A DNA stretch of 64,000 nt, taken from NCBI GenBank assembly GCA_040954595.2, contig CM082580.2, positions 14,584,389-14,648,388 on the forward strand, read 5' to 3'. Source of the DNA: Balanoglossus misakiensis (lineage: Eukaryota > Animalia > Hemichordata). Both the position numbers and the translations under genes were made by a program. The notes under the pieces are model-generated. The model worked only from the letters and a program-made list of their open reading frames with translations. It had not been told where the DNA came from and made no database searches. Below, in pieces: positions 1 to 14,101 of the stretch. Position 1 is the first letter of the stretch; each line of letters begins with the position of its first letter.

Positions 1-908
1 TCAAATAAGCTTTAATTTTTGGTGTGAAGGGTTGGATCATAAGTCAGTATGTGAAGTATTATCAAATAATTTTCTCAGTGAAATAATGGACAAGTAATAT
101 TTTTTTTCTTGGATGTCTTTTGTAAATACAGTAGAAATACAGAACCTGAATGTGGATGATCTACACTGTTTACAGATTCCCGAAGAAACACAATTTTTGT
201 TCCTTGTCTTTTCGCCTTTATCTTTCCAAAAGTTGTGCAGTTTTGATGGGCTTATAACAGTCTCTGATTTATCACTTATAATTATCTCTTGATCTTTAAA
301 GAATTTATTTTGACACTGTTTATCAAATAATTGATGGTAACAGTCTACCATATGGTGTAATACTTTGTCTTGATAGTTAATAGAGAAATTATCTGATAAA
401 AATACTAACATACACAGAATGAGCATAAATGAAATCACTAAATTAGTGTTTTTTGTCTCCTGATTTTGTCTGTCTTTAGTCTTTCTTCTGGTTGTGGCTA
501 TCCGTCACTCAAAAGTATGGACAACTTTTAGGTGAGATTTTGACACGGACACAAACACCACTGAAACTGATTGTCTGATGAACTGACAAAATAGGTTTCT
601 ATATCTCCACCATAAAGATGAATGAATCCAGATGCACGTCATGGCAAGCCTGTTCAGTGTCAAGAAATGAAATATTTACAACTAAGTTTATATATAGACC
701 ATGATTTTAATGATTTATACAATCTACTATTGTCATTTTTAGGAGTACAAAATACTTGTGTGGTATTGCTTTTGGCTCAGACTCGAAAACAAAAAGTGAC
801 ATTCAGAAACTTCTGAAATGTTCATCCAACAAATATGATTCTACAACACAGACATTAGAGGTAGGCAAAAATCACCTGCAGTTTTGTTTGAGTCTAGTGT
901 TTCTAAAC

Positions 909-3552
909 TCACAATTCAGTTTTCTGTTTCAATTCTGTATCAATTTTGTGGTGCAGTTTGTGATATTTGTTGTATGCCAACAGTGCTGCGTTTCTTCCAC
1001 TGACAGCCACCATTTCCATGGCACTGGCAGCCCACTCAATGCCATTGATGTAATACATTCCATCATGCAGTTCGAATCCTGGCAGCATATCCGGAGGTTC
1101 ATAATGGGGATATGCCAACCAATCCACTACTTTGGTTTCTTTCCGGGATATAAACAGCTCATTCAATTGACTGTCGGTGAGAGGATTGCGTGAGAAGATC
1201 TTCCACACTGCTTTGTGCGTCACCGGCTTTCCTGTCTGGTAGTCCACTGGAAAATTGTGTGCCACACTGTTGATCCCGAACCGGTTGTCTCTGGTTGTTA
1301 GGATTTCAGTTGGACACTCCTTCATGCTGTTGTAACCAAAACCCTTAAAGTTCAGCTCTCCATCGATAAATGTAGCAACGGTTCTGTGAAACGGGGCGGG
1401 GAAATTCGTTATTTCCCTGGGAAAATTTGTGAACTTTATGTCAGACATCCCATCATGCAGTGGTGTAGCAATAATGATGATGTCATACTTTCCTGCCACA
1501 TGAGTGCTGATATTACCATTTTTATCTGGTGGCTCAGCGATGATAAGGTAGTAACCAGATTTTTCTCCCTTGGCCACCTTGATACCAGATACTTTTGATT
1601 TATAGACAGTAGCTTTGGACTTTTCCAGCAGTCTTGAGCAAACTTGTTTATTTCCACCATGTACCGACCATAGACCACCCTGGGCCCCTGCCAACGACAC
1701 CAAACCTGTCAAAAGGCGTAAGTCTGTCAGTTTGATAGAACCGTGAAAAAAGTGGTTTCACACCAATTGACAAGATTGACAACTGGAATATCCTGATGGT
1801 TCCAAAAGAGACGGCAGAGAAATACAATAGTTTCACAGAGACTCGCTGACTGTAACTTCATAAATGGAGAAAATGGGTGGGCGCTTCACTAACCACTGTC
1901 ACAACAATCCCATGAACATTTTTTTCAATGTGTGAAGAATCTTTACCTACCAGCAACAGCTGACATATTAGACTGTTGTCCATAGTTGACCCTGGCCGCA
2001 ATAGACACCATGTCAGTGATGAACTGGTCAGCATAACCCTGTTCTTTGAGCACATCCATCAGGGAAACCTTGGTTTGATTCGCGAATTTAGGTCCACCCA
2101 TAACATCGAGAATGCCTTCAACAGAACTGTATGCAATTCCATTGTCTTGTATGTCGTATATCCTGTTGTGGAGCCAATGGGGAACAAGGTCAGGGTTGCA
2201 GAGTGGCTGTAGTACTACACTAATACTAATAGTGTTAACTGCAATTTTGATTAATATGATGGTTTTACTAAACTTGAAATGAAAGCAGTAGCTGACAGTC
2301 TCAAACAAGATATGTGGATGTAGCAGTGTGCAATACCAAGAAAACTTATTGAACCCACCGATATATGTGACCTTACCGACTGAACTTGTTGATCAGTGTC
2401 CCCACTGTTTTTCTCAGTTTGACGAGATCATAGCCATATCGCCACAACATTTTGGCCAGTGATACCAACGACCACTGACTCTCAACAAATATGAATTCTT
2501 CACCATCGTAGATGCCCATCTTCGTGCCTGTTGGTTTGTCTTTTTGTTGCAACCCTGATGAATAAAACTGGTGCTATATCATGTAATAATTGAACCAAGC
2601 CAAATCTAGGAAAGAGAAGTAGTCTGAAGAGTATCAAGTGCCCATTCCTTTCCACCAGCAAACTTTTTGTGAAATGCCACACATACAATAATGCGGGGAC
2701 ATATCACACCACTTCAAAGTCTCACAACATGAAAATAAGTGGAGAAAGTAAATTATACCTTACCTAGCTCTTTCACAAATCTCTGCATGTACATATTCTT
2801 GGGATGGATAATTGTGGCCCCCGATTCATAAACATGTCCACCAATACTAACAGTGGCTATTCTGCCACCAATCTCACTGGCCTCGTACACATCAAGCTCG
2901 GCATCATTTCCAAACAGTTGGTGCAAATAGTACGAACAGGTGGAACCTCCAATTCCTCCTCCAATGATACCTGTGTAAAATGTTGCAAATCAAAACAACA
3001 GACTTCTTTTCTGGACGAGCTGAGAATACTTGCGTGAATATTTGTTGAGAAAATCATGGGATGAAAGTAGGAGTGAAATATATTAGTCGAGGATTTCACG
3101 GTCACTCCACAGAGAACGCGAGTGGGCGGGGCTGCAACGCAGATTTGCCTGAAACATTTCCTCTCTGTGCAGAAGCTGAATGTGAATCTCTCTAAATGAA
3201 CAAACAAGCGCAACTGATCTGATCTATGGAAGAATATTAAACATTTGCGGGATGATTAGGGAAATGATCACTTCATAAATATGGTGCGGCGGGCTCCGTG
3301 TGTGCATTCGCAACGATGCATGACCTCGGTTCGAGGTCAATGGTCTCATCGATTGTTTACATGTACTGTAGTAACCCATTGTGAATAAGGTATAAACGCA
3401 TGTATAAAAGCATTACAGTTTCCGCAAATATTACCTATCCTGACCGTAGATTCTGCATGATGCTCTGTTTGTTTTGCATGACAAATAAAACGAGACAGCA
3501 CAAAGCAAATTGGTGCAGCAATCAGTGCCTTTCTGGTCAGTGGTAGCGCCAT
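909..3552 (-). CDS. PCYOX1: Prenylcysteine oxidase 1 family (PCYOX1/PCYOX1L), 5 coding exons, ~503 aa
   Basis: Exons on minus strand: 3552-3435, 2970-2764, 2554-2377, 2162-1951, 1705-909. All GT-AG with consistent phases (1512 nt). N-terminal signal-like segment, FAD-binding GIIGGGIGG, EIGGR..YESGATIIHPKN, RVNYGQ, LWSVHGGNKQV, WLAYPHY, YINGIEWAASAMEM, and C-terminal ER-retention KTEL. Confidence 0.93.
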
Positions 3553-3893
3553 AACTAGTATCTGCGATCACTAAACACTACATTCACAGTTTGTCGTTCA
3601 CATCGCATGATGTGCGCATACAAAATAAATTACCTACAAAATAAGTCATTTAAAGATTTAACGAATAAAAATAATCTGTAATTAAACTCTTGTGATTCAT
3701 ATTTGTTATAAATGACTGGAAAATGTTGGTACAATTTGACATAAAATGTTCTACGAATGCACCACTACGCTGTGTCATAGGTCACTAGCAGCACGCAGAG
3801 TTAGAGGAGTGACACGCAGTTCAACACAGATGTTGTTCTGTACGTGACAGTCGTATTCGATTTGCTCTAGTGAGACTGAAATTTGTTGTACAT
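3553..3893. promoter_or_regulatory. Bidirectional promoter PCYOX1 / KIAA2013
   Basis: Divergent start codons only ~340-370 bp apart. Confidence 0.6.
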
Positions 3894-3923
3894 ATGCGTA
3901 ATGATGCTTTGTTTTGGCAAGAT

Positions 3924-4377
3924 ATGTGGATTAAAAACAGACTCAAAAATCTGCCGAATACTTTGCCGGCGAGCAGGTGAGTTCACGTTCAACTTTGAAG
4001 ATACACATCAACCCATTGCAAATATTGTGAAAATATTTTGTGACACCAGTCATTCTTTGTGCACTGGTATACATGTATGTATTTTATAACTGCAGAACAT
4101 TTCAAAATTGCCATTATTTGACATTGAACATGCACCATTGCATGCTAAGACGGCAATAATATAAGAAATTGTGAACATCAAAATCTAAACAAATGAAGAT
4201 ATGTTATTGAAAATAACTAAATATATTTACAGTGTGCCATGTACTATCTCACGGCCCACATTTTCAGATAAGCCACTGTAGGTGTGTCTGCTAATTGCAT
4301 ATGTAATATAATTTCCACCCACTGCGGATGTAATTCTAGTTTACAGAACTAATACACATAGTGCCTTACTCTATAGT

Positions 4378-4420
<43 letters not shown>

Positions 4421-7400
4421 TTTTAGACCTAGGAGAATAGCCCTTTTGGTGCTTGTATTATTGGTGTTTCTGCTGTATTTTGGTCCTTCACTCTTTGGGA
4501 GATCATCCAAGAAAGAAACTACAGGTAAGACACAACCAAATATTTCAATTGCTTTGTTGGGACTCTGACGTTGTGAGTCTTATAAGAAACTAAACAGGGT
4601 CAACCAACTGCATTGTGGGTATATTTGCTGATTTATTTTTTCTTCTATTACATCGCCAACATATTGATTGATATAGCAATTCTAAATATGTGTTGCTAAT
4701 ACAAATAAATCTTGCAGTGGTGAAAAATATCACATATAATATATTCTAGCCATTGTGTGCCGAGCTGCAACAAAGCTCAGAGATTTTTTTTTTCTTTTCA
4801 TAAAATTAAAAGTCGCATGTATGCGGTTTAAAATTAAAGACATTTTTATTTGCTTTAACCATCTACAGTAAGCGGCAGTGCCTGTGGCCATCATTCACAT
4901 CTGTGGCAGAGATTAGTGTCCATGTATATTCATGAAATGTAATTTGTCTTCAAAGCAACATGTCAGTGGAGATTACTGAAATCTACTTAATATTCAACAG
5001 CAGTTCACAAAATCATGGTGTACTGCAAGGATACTCTGTCATGAGGTAGAAATTGAAAAAATACAAAAACATTGTGACTGTGTGTATTTAGTTCACCACA
5101 ATTTGATACTAATTCATTTCTCTGTGTAATTACCCACTTTGGTCCACAGATCACAGTTTACTTCAGAAATATATACATAGCCAGACCCCATCACCCATTA
5201 CTCCTGGGAGACGAAAAGTGATGAGAAACCACAAGTTTTACTCAAGGACACAATTAACATCCACATCCTTTGATCATGAAGTCATTGCTCAACCATATAT
5301 CGTTCCCTGTTCATCAAACCCAAGAGCTTTGTACACACTTCATGATCAAGGTGTTGTCAAAGAGATCGTTAGGAAACTGAAGACTGTGTTCTTTTAAATC
5401 CTTATAATTTTTTTCCCCAACAGAATGTTTGAAGACCCAACTTCACAAGTGGGAGTCTGATTTCAATGTCTTTGATGTTTCTATAAAACATGACTTGAAT
5501 GAAAAAGCAGAATCAGCTGCCCTTCCGTTTGTAGGTAAGTAGCTTGCCTTGCCGAAGGAGTCAGTGTTTGTAGAAACTTGTGCATCACATTTGAACCCCT
5601 CAATGTGTAGCAAATGATGAGATGGGTTATAAAGTTACAGGTGGCCCAAGGGATGTCATAATCACTGGATGTACATAGCTGAATAACCGTCTAAAACTGA
5701 ATTTACATTATTACAATGACATTCCTTCAAATAAATCTCACAAATTCTGGTTCAGAAATCAAAGAAAAGACTTTAAAAAAATTTATAACTCACTACTTAG
5801 TCTAAGTCCGTTTGAAAAAGGCCAAAGTTAACTTTGGTGATATTTTTACTGACATTATTGTCTTCAAAAGATGTAATGCTAACAAATACATGTATAACAG
5901 TAGGCTTATTTCACATCTGATGTAGGATTAGAAAAACCAGGTGATTACATGACAACTAACTCTTGACTTCATGTGTGTTCAGATAAGACCCATTATTCCC
6001 CAGTGGGCAGGGTTTGATACCAGTAATGTATTTTTGGGAGCAAACAGCTGGTTGTGTCATGATCTTGTTGGCCTTGGGAATTGTCTGATATCAGCAGTCG
6101 GATTTATTCTATTCACTGATTAAAATTTGATTGAAGAAGGACAGTGGAGTAGTTATTCAACAATCATGACATTTCCAGTTTTGGCATTGTTTATGAGCAA
6201 TCTGATGATTTAAAGTACATGTTGGTGCATGCATGCTGAAATATGTATCATGTTGAAAGAACAAAGATATTGTGAAATGATTCAGATTCTGTGCAAATTC
6301 TGAATACAAATGAATGGTTGTAATTTTTCTCTGCCAAAATAAATTTCCTTTTGGCGAATGTGTTATTTTGTTATTTAAAAAATTACATCGTACCTATTTT
6401 TTCATTCTATTCAATACACCTTCAAATGAAATTGTAGAATGTCTGCTGTACATGTACATGACATCTGATTATTCATGCACCAAAGACAATTCAGGTACCG
6501 GTTCTGATCAAATATGCAAGGCTGTGACTAAACCACTCTGCTACTGCTGCTGGTTTTATTTGTACCCTGTCGTGATGACAAGTACCAGGCAATGCTAAAT
6601 CATTGACAACATGGTTCTGCCGTTCAGAAACATGAGTGATTACCATTCTTTCCTTCCAAATGATGAATAACTTCCTTGTGCCAAATTTTAACATAAATTA
6701 TCCACTCTTTGTGATAATAAAGATTTTCACACAGATAAAATGAATGAAGACATTTTGTTGGTTGCTTAACAGGGAATGGAAATCTTGGTGTGGTAGTTGG
6801 TAGCACTGTTAGTAGTGATGTATTACATATCAGATACCAACAGAGTGTGTTGTCATTGGCTGTACCATATGTGCCTATAGCCCAGCCTAATGTGCAAGGA
6901 CTCTCTGCCAAAGGTAAGTACCATATGGTTGGTTTTATAAGTTATTTATTATTCCTTTTGACAGATTTGGTTGTACAGTTTGCAGAAGGTAAAACACCAC
7001 TGGCATCACTATGCATTCTATATAATTAAATTCACCTCACCAGACCCATATTATATTTATGAAAAATTTCCCCTTGCCCATAGTATTAAATCAAAGCAAT
7101 GGCTTAGATGAAAATAAACATGGCATTCCAACAGTAACTGTGTGTTCATCAGATATTTACAGAAAGTGTTCTTAACCATATTTTTCTGTTTTTGTTTTCA
7201 TTGTAGAGGCGAGGGTTGTACATTTCAGAGAAGGTCAAGTGTATAGAATCATTACTCAAACAAAGGTGAGTCTGATAAAAGCAAATAAAATATTTATTTT
7301 AGTTACTCATAGAAGGTTTTTTAAATTGAATTTTAGAGCGATGAAAAATTAACAGACTAAATATCTGAACAATTATGTCCGTGTGATTCAAAAACATTTA

Positions 7401-10400
7401 TGAATTGGTTCTATAATGACTAATCTGTGTTTAGCTCCTGAATTTGATCAGTGTTAATGTATTGAAAATTGTGTACAAGTAAAATTGCATACGTTAGCAG
7501 TGATAAACTGGCATGGTGATATCTGATTCTTAGAAAACCAACATTCGGAATAAACCTCTGTAAGTACATGTGTATTATTCAACGAAGCAATAGTAGAACG
7601 TTTCTTAAGATCTCAAGTATTGCTTCTTTGAGTAGCACAATGTACTTAACTTTGTTCTGTTGAAGAGATTGTCTCTGTGCAGATTCTTTATCCATTGTGT
7701 GTATCCCTTGACAGGAAAGTGATTGTATTGTAATCACTCAGAAAGTACTGGCACACAGAAGTAGACCCACTGTGTTGCTGCAGCAGATAGCTGTGGAGAA
7801 TAAAGGAGTAAGTCTGTACTTCACTGTTCATAGATCATGAATATGTATTAGCTGAAATGCCAGTCTTGCATAAATTTTGTGTGTACTTTAGATTTTACGG
7901 TCACTTTTTTTTGCTTTTCAACTCTCCTCTCAACAACTACATCAAAGAATGTATCGTTTTTGTTGAATATAGTTTTGTGAACTGAATCTTGATCCATTCA
8001 CAAAGCTTCATTAGTTGTTAACATTGGCTATTTTCTACTTTTCAAGTTAAAATGTGTTTCTGAAATTCTCTCTTTGCAGAGTGTTTCAGCAAAGCTGAGT
8101 ATTACAGTTCCTGGGGCATACCAGTGGAAAGATGTGGTCAACAAACAATACCGGTAGGCTAGAATTTCAATGTATTTTCCTCTTTCATGTAAAGTGCAAA
8201 AGTAAAGTAACGGCACATGTATACATGTAGTACTTTTGATGCATTTTCTATCCCTTCATTGCATACTTTCCCCAGCTATAAATTGGAGGTGTATTTCGTA
8301 AAAATATTTGTGAGGATGACACCTATGATTAGGAGTTCATTTCTTTCTTGTGTTATTTCTTTGTGCAGTTCTGAATCCAACCCAGCAATACCTGAGTTTA
8401 TGGTTACACTTGGAACTGTCAAGGCTCCTTCTAGGAAGAGAGCGGAAGAGTTTATCATGGTTTCCATAGCAACATATCCCACAGCAAAAGTGATTGACGT
8501 TGCTCCAAAAAGGTAAGTGTGACTGACATGCAAAGACACAATACTCGTATATTGAATTAAGAACAGATTTAACACCTGGATGTTTGGCATGCGAATTTTG
8601 TTCTGAACCATGTCTGTAATTCTCAGTTTTAACCTTGGTGCACTGTTTACATATACATGAAAATTAAAGACAATACAGTTTGTTATCTACATATTTTTCA
8701 TGGACTTGTTGGGGGTTTTTTTCTGTTCACAGCACATACATAGAATGGGTGGCAACAGTGGTCCATTACTCAGACCCAGTTCCTTACAACGAGATGTACA
8801 TTGAACTTCACAAGAAGCTGGAAAAAGAGAGTATAGAGGTCAGTTAGTATACAGAGAACCTATGATATTTGGCTTCATCCCAACTTCCATTATCAATTTA
8901 TTTATCAGAGGTGACCCCTGTCACTGTTACCTCACCATCCTAGTTGATTTATACATAGAGCACTTGTGAGATGGATGATGAGATATCTTGTGATGAATTC
9001 CATTTCACTGCTCAAACTTTAATTATTTTGTGACATTTTTTACTTGCTGTACACAAGTGAGCAGAACAGTTTGTAGGTTTTGTTGTGTAAGATGAACTGT
9101 TGCTTGCATTACAGGAAATGGAAGCCCTCATATCATCCCATGGCAGCGATTTCAGTGTTGTTGCAACAGAACATCTGGATGAATGGAAACGGGTGAGTGA
9201 CAACAAATGTTGGTCATGGATCAAACCCTGCCACAGTCATTGATCAACCTTGGCATGGCTGTGGTCATGGCACTGTACTTCTTATTACTTCACCCCACTT
9301 AGGATTAATTTGATAGGCATAGGACAGACATTGTAATGTGTGTGTTGAGCACTGCTGTGTCGATAATGTCTACTTGAGCTGCCCTTCACTCTCACCAGGG
9401 AGTTGCAATGGATAAATTAAGTCACCAGAGTCAGTGTCAGTCAGTGTCTTGAGTTCAGACTGTTGTAAATACATGGTTGTGAAAGGTGCACTATCATATC
9501 ATCATGATTATCATCTTGAAGTAAAGTATTTTGAAGTTCCATTTTCATTACACCAGTTTGACTTCAAAAGATAATTCTCTCTGTCTTAGCTGTGGGTGAG
9601 TGGTGCTGGGCAAGAGTCAGTGGTAGAGGGCGCCCCTCAACTCTCCCCAAGTGTCCTCAATTCCACTTTGTACTACATCCTGTCATCGGTTGAATCCAAT
9701 CCTTCCAATGATGCAATGTCAGAAGAGAAACAGAAGCAACTGCAGGAGGCTGGCTCCTGCTACAGTGGTCCTGCTACATGGTGAGTGTGGATCGAGAATT
9801 GTTCAGTTTTAACCAGCAATATTCAAGAAAATGTTTATTAGCAGTGATCTATAAGGCCCCACATCCTAATATACAATGGTTAAAACTTTTGTAACATATA
9901 CACACAAATCACGATATTTTGGCAAGTAAATTTTGAGCTCTTCACCTTCAGGAATGATCCAAGTTTTTGGATCCAAGTGAGAACTGAGCAAGAACTAGCT
10001 GATCTGGTTCGTCTGTGGCTTCACACACTGTTTCACAACGGCTGTACAAACCAACTCAATGCTGGTAGGTGCATTCACCATTGTTAAAAACAAAATATGT
10101 TACTTTGTGTATTTTTTCGGTCTTTCTATAATTGAAATTGTTTTCTACGGTAATGTTGGACCTCCATAGAGGGAGCCAGGGATGAAAAGGTTAAACTTGT
10201 ATCTCTATTGTCGCTACAGGAGCACATGGAGTCATGCAGGCTATCCTTCTCAGTCTGTTAGGAATCCAGCACAACAAAAACTACCTGGCTGTCAGTGCTG
10301 ACCCCAGAGACTTCAGACACGACCTGCACGTTCGCCACGTCATCTACAACAAATATGATCTGGATATCAGTGTGCTGGCGGCGATGAAATCTGTCCGAGT

Positions 10401-11306
10401 GAACATGGCGCCTCGTGACGCCGAAGGTGAAAACAAATACAAGAAGCATATGCATCTGTTTGGTTGTGATGCTGGCTGTGAGAAAGAACCAGTCATGATC
10501 AAGTAAGACTAACCTGTGACCTACTACTGTTTCATTTCAGACATGGCAAGAAATGTGAACACCAAAGTTTTCACAAGTCTTTGTTCTTGTTGCTATATTT
10601 TAGTATATAAAATGATGAGGAGATTTTGATCATCAATGTTTTATTTTCTGAGACAATATGACAACATTTTCTGTGTCAACAGCTTTCCACTTTAATCCAA
10701 AGCTTCATAGGAAAAATAGCACAGACTTGTCAACTTTACTGTTCACTTACATCTTTAAATCTGTAGTAAATTGTACACCTGCAGGATCAGTGCCAAAATA
10801 AATGTTACAAGACAGTTTTCTTTATTTTTTCTTTTACATTGTGTATTTTCTCTCTTTTTATTTGGCAGACAACACACACATACATTTGCACTGAAATACA
10901 CAGAACCCCAGCTGACTCCATTTCTGTACATAGCTGAGCAAGCTGACAGTCTAACTGATCTGAGGAAATATATGAATTACAAAAGTGTTAAATATGGTAA
11001 GTAGTAACTGTACATAGCAGTATTTTGAGTGTTAAATAGAACATTATGCCAGCTCTTCTCTGTCATAATTGTCTTTCACATCAATGGCCATATTTTTATG
11101 CCCAGTTCATTCTATTTTAACACATTTTTTATCTTTTAATTGTTTCAGTGTCACTACCACAGCCGCCAGAACACAGCGCAGTCCGACTACCTCCCACATT
11201 CTGGGTGACAGTGGTCATTCTCATCCTTGCATTCCACTTGTTTTTATTCAAATTAATTTATAATGAATTTTGTTCTGGACAGGACAAATATAAGTTCAGA
11301 GTGTAA
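3924..11306 (+). CDS. KIAA2013: KIAA2013 homolog (uncharacterised membrane protein), 15 coding exons
   Basis: Exons: 3924-3976, 4427-4524, 5424-5534, 6773-6913, 7207-7265, 7715-7807, 8080-8153, 8369-8512, 8733-8838, 9115-9192, 9590-9780, 9952-10064, 10220-10502, 10869-10996, 11149-11306; phases consistent. N-terminus MWIKNRLKNLP then a TM segment, LAHRSRP, NSTLYYILS, GCDAGC, and C-terminal TM FW..FHLFLFKLIYNEFC match the family as recalled. An in-frame upstream ATG lies at 3894. Confidence 0.9.
4384..4418. repeat. (CT)n microsatellite forming the polypyrimidine tract of KIAA2013 intron 1
   Basis: Pure CT run ending about 8 nt before the acceptor AG at 4425-4426. Confidence 0.95.
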
Positions 11307-12895
11307 ATTATTCCTTTTTTAATCAATCACCATCAGATTTTGTGGTATTTGTTTTTTGTTGTGCTGTTGCTGTCCACTGTACGGCATTTTATATCTCAGG
11401 GTGTGAAACTACCAGTTGATGTGTGTGAAATATTGTTTGCTTGATTTGATTTTGCAGGTATGCATCCAGTCACAAAAAGCCAAACTCACAAAAAAACTAA
11501 CAATTCTGTATGACAGAAATTTCTCAAATACTTGACACACAGTGAGACATGCCTGGCAATTCATGATTACCCATAATAAGCAGGCTGTACTGTGTGGAAT
11601 ATTTTCACCCCAGCAAGACTGAATGTTATAGCATACTGGATTGACATTACATTCAAAATATTATGTCAAATCTGGGAAATAATAGTACAATAAAGCATCC
11701 TCAGATTCCAAAATGTCAAACTTCTGCCATCTTTTCCTGGATTTGCTGTAAGTGATGATGATGGTAAGTTTGACCAAGATATGTTTTATAGTCTACATTA
11801 TAACTTGTGTTTTGAGACCAAAGAAGCAAAGAGTTGTGTTCATAGAGCTCCAAGTAATCAAGAAACAAAGAAGAAATGGTGGTTTGCCAGAAAATGGTTA
11901 ATTAGTTCAGCACTTACTTGTGGCAGATTTGTAATCTGACGTAGACAAGTATTTGTAAATTTTAGGTATTTTTGAAAGTTTGATAGAATTGCAGTTGAGG
12001 TTTTCAGTCAAAATTTCATGTCTTTAGAGACAATGAGTATATCAAGATGAAGGGCTTTGCATCTGGTTTCACAGATATTGTAGGACAGTTCTGGAGGGTT
12101 GGACTTTTTTTTTGGGGGGGGGGGGGGGTCAAGATAGCGTTGGGGTTAAAACATGGTAAGATGTCTGGTTGAATGTTCTTATGGTGATGGAAGAATACAG
12201 AAACACCATCCAATGCTGCTCCCCCCCCCCCCCAATAATTGTATTTTCTTATGGGATTAATTCTTGACTCACAAAATTGTTCTAGAAAAGTTATAAAAGT
12301 TTACAGTGAGCTGCATGACTTTATTACTAGTAATGTACAACAACTTGAACAAGCTGGATGTTAATTGTATTATCAATTGTATTTATAATAATTTGTAAAT
12401 GTTTTGTTACTTTAGAGGTTGTAATTGAATGGAAGGAAGAAGCAATATGTTTTAATTAAACGTAGTTGACATATTTTGGTTGTCATTGTATGCGTGTGTG
12501 TGGATTTTCTTTAATATATCAAGAACCTAAGTTACATGTACAGTGTTACTTTCTGCCCGCCCCTGTCCAGTCGTTCATGGATGTTTCTGAGGGTGTCAGC
12601 CCTACTCAGTGGTGTGTATTCGTTTCAGTGCCTATACGTTTCAATGTTCCTGGTTAATATGTAATCTGTTGAATGTTGGTCTACACCACAAAGTGGACTT
12701 TGTCATGTATACCGACGGAAGTCGACGACAACCTGTTGATCAAAAATGGCTGCCTGCACCAATGCTTGAAGTGAGTACATGTACCTGCATGCACCTGTGT
12801 GTACGAGGGCATATCTTTATACCTAAGAATTCCTTGGATACCAGTCGACAATAATGAAAAGTAACATCGTCCGGTGTTAGTTGTAAACTTTCAAC

Positions 12896-14101
12896 ATGAG
12901 GCCGGATAAGATAATTCGTAGATTAATCCTTGTTCTGGTACTGGTATCACCTTTATTTTTTCTTCTCAAATTTCGGAGTTATCTTTTTCCTAAATCTGTT
13001 GACCTGGCACTTCTAGAAGACATCCGAAATGCGCACTCTCCATGCATTCGATGCACAACTTTACCGCCAGTAAAGAAACTTAACAAAGAGGAGGCCGATG
13101 TTCCTGTTGTCAATGCACTGGAGACCCCTGTACCTCAGTTAAAAATTAACTCGTATCCCGACCGCTACAGACAGGCAATAAAGACTAACACCACTGATGT
13201 AGACGCGATTGACTTAAAATGCATTTTTGAAATGTTGACTAAACCTTGGAAGAGGAATGAGACTATTTTTCGACACTTGAAAGAAACTCTGGATGCCATG
13301 ACAAACACAAGAGAGATGTTGATATTGACGAAAAATAACTGCAAGTTGAATGAAGATATGGAATATTCTGTTCAAAAGAACGTGAAATATCCCATAACCC
13401 AGGAAATTTATGATGCCCTCCCGAAAACGTCACCGTTTATCAGAAAGCACTTCGGCGTCTGCAGTATCATCGGCGGCAGCGGGATCATAAACAACAGCTC
13501 CTGTGGAGAGGAGATTGACAGATCGGACTTGGTGATCCGATGTAACATGCCGCCTATAGATCTACATGCAAAAGATGCCGGGCGAAAAACTGACATCACA
13601 ACAGCAAACAATGTTGCTGTCCTCGGGGGAAGATATAGTGGATTGGCGAGGAAGTATGACCAACAACGTCTTCTATCAGATGTCCTACAGTACCACGGAT
13701 ATTTGTGGACACCCGTTTTCTCAGTGAAAAGTGGCACCATGTACACCCTTCGAGCCTACAGGGTCATGAAACGATACCCCAGTGATCAAATTAAAATGAT
13801 CTTCGCGCATCCAAAACATCAAATTCATGTCCAGGCTTTTTGGGAAAAAGTTGGCATCCAGACCCGTGCAACTACGGGAGCCCACATGGTTGGTGTTGCT
13901 ATTTCACTTTGTGAAGAAGTTCACCTATACGGATTTTGGCCGTTTGATAATGTCCCCGATGGTCGGAATGTTAACTTTCACTACTACGATGATCGTAAAA
14001 TCGATACCTGGGCCCACGATCTTAGTAGTGAATTCCTGACGTTATCCAAACTTCATGAGCAAGGTGTTATAAACATGCATGTCGAAAAATGTAAATCATA
14101 G
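12896..14101 (+). CDS. Alpha-2,8-sialyltransferase (GT29, ST8Sia family), single coding exon, 401 aa
   Basis: Type II TM anchor; sialylmotif L (CSIIGGSGIINNSSCGEEIDRSDLVIRCN..DAGRKT), S (TTGAHMVGVAISLCEEVHLYGFWPF), III (HYYD), VS (HDLSSEF), and the ST8Sia-typical C-terminal Cys (EKCKS). No specific vertebrate paralog can be assigned. Confidence 0.93.
   Translation: MRPDKIIRRLILVLVLVSPLFFLLKFRSYLFPKSVDLALLEDIRNAHSPCIRCTTLPPVKKLNKEEADVPVVNALETPVPQLKINSYPDRYRQAIKTNTTDVDAIDLKCIFEMLTKPWKRNETIFRHLKETLDAMTNTREMLILTKNNCKLNEDMEYSVQKNVKYPITQEIYDALPKTSPFIRKHFGVCSIIGGSGIINNSSCGEEIDRSDLVIRCNMPPIDLHAKDAGRKTDITTANNVAVLGGRYSGLARKYDQQRLLSDVLQYHGYLWTPVFSVKSGTMYTLRAYRVMKRYPSDQIKMIFAHPKHQIHVQAFWEKVGIQTRATTGAHMVGVAISLCEEVHLYGFWPFDNVPDGRNVNFHYYDDRKIDTWAHDLSSEFLTLSKLHEQGVINMHVEKCKS

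Noticed and set aside
37-1193. ORFs 37-438 (-) and 756-1193 (+)
   Set aside because: AT-rich PCYOX1 3' UTR/flank and antisense shadow of its last exon; no domain features.
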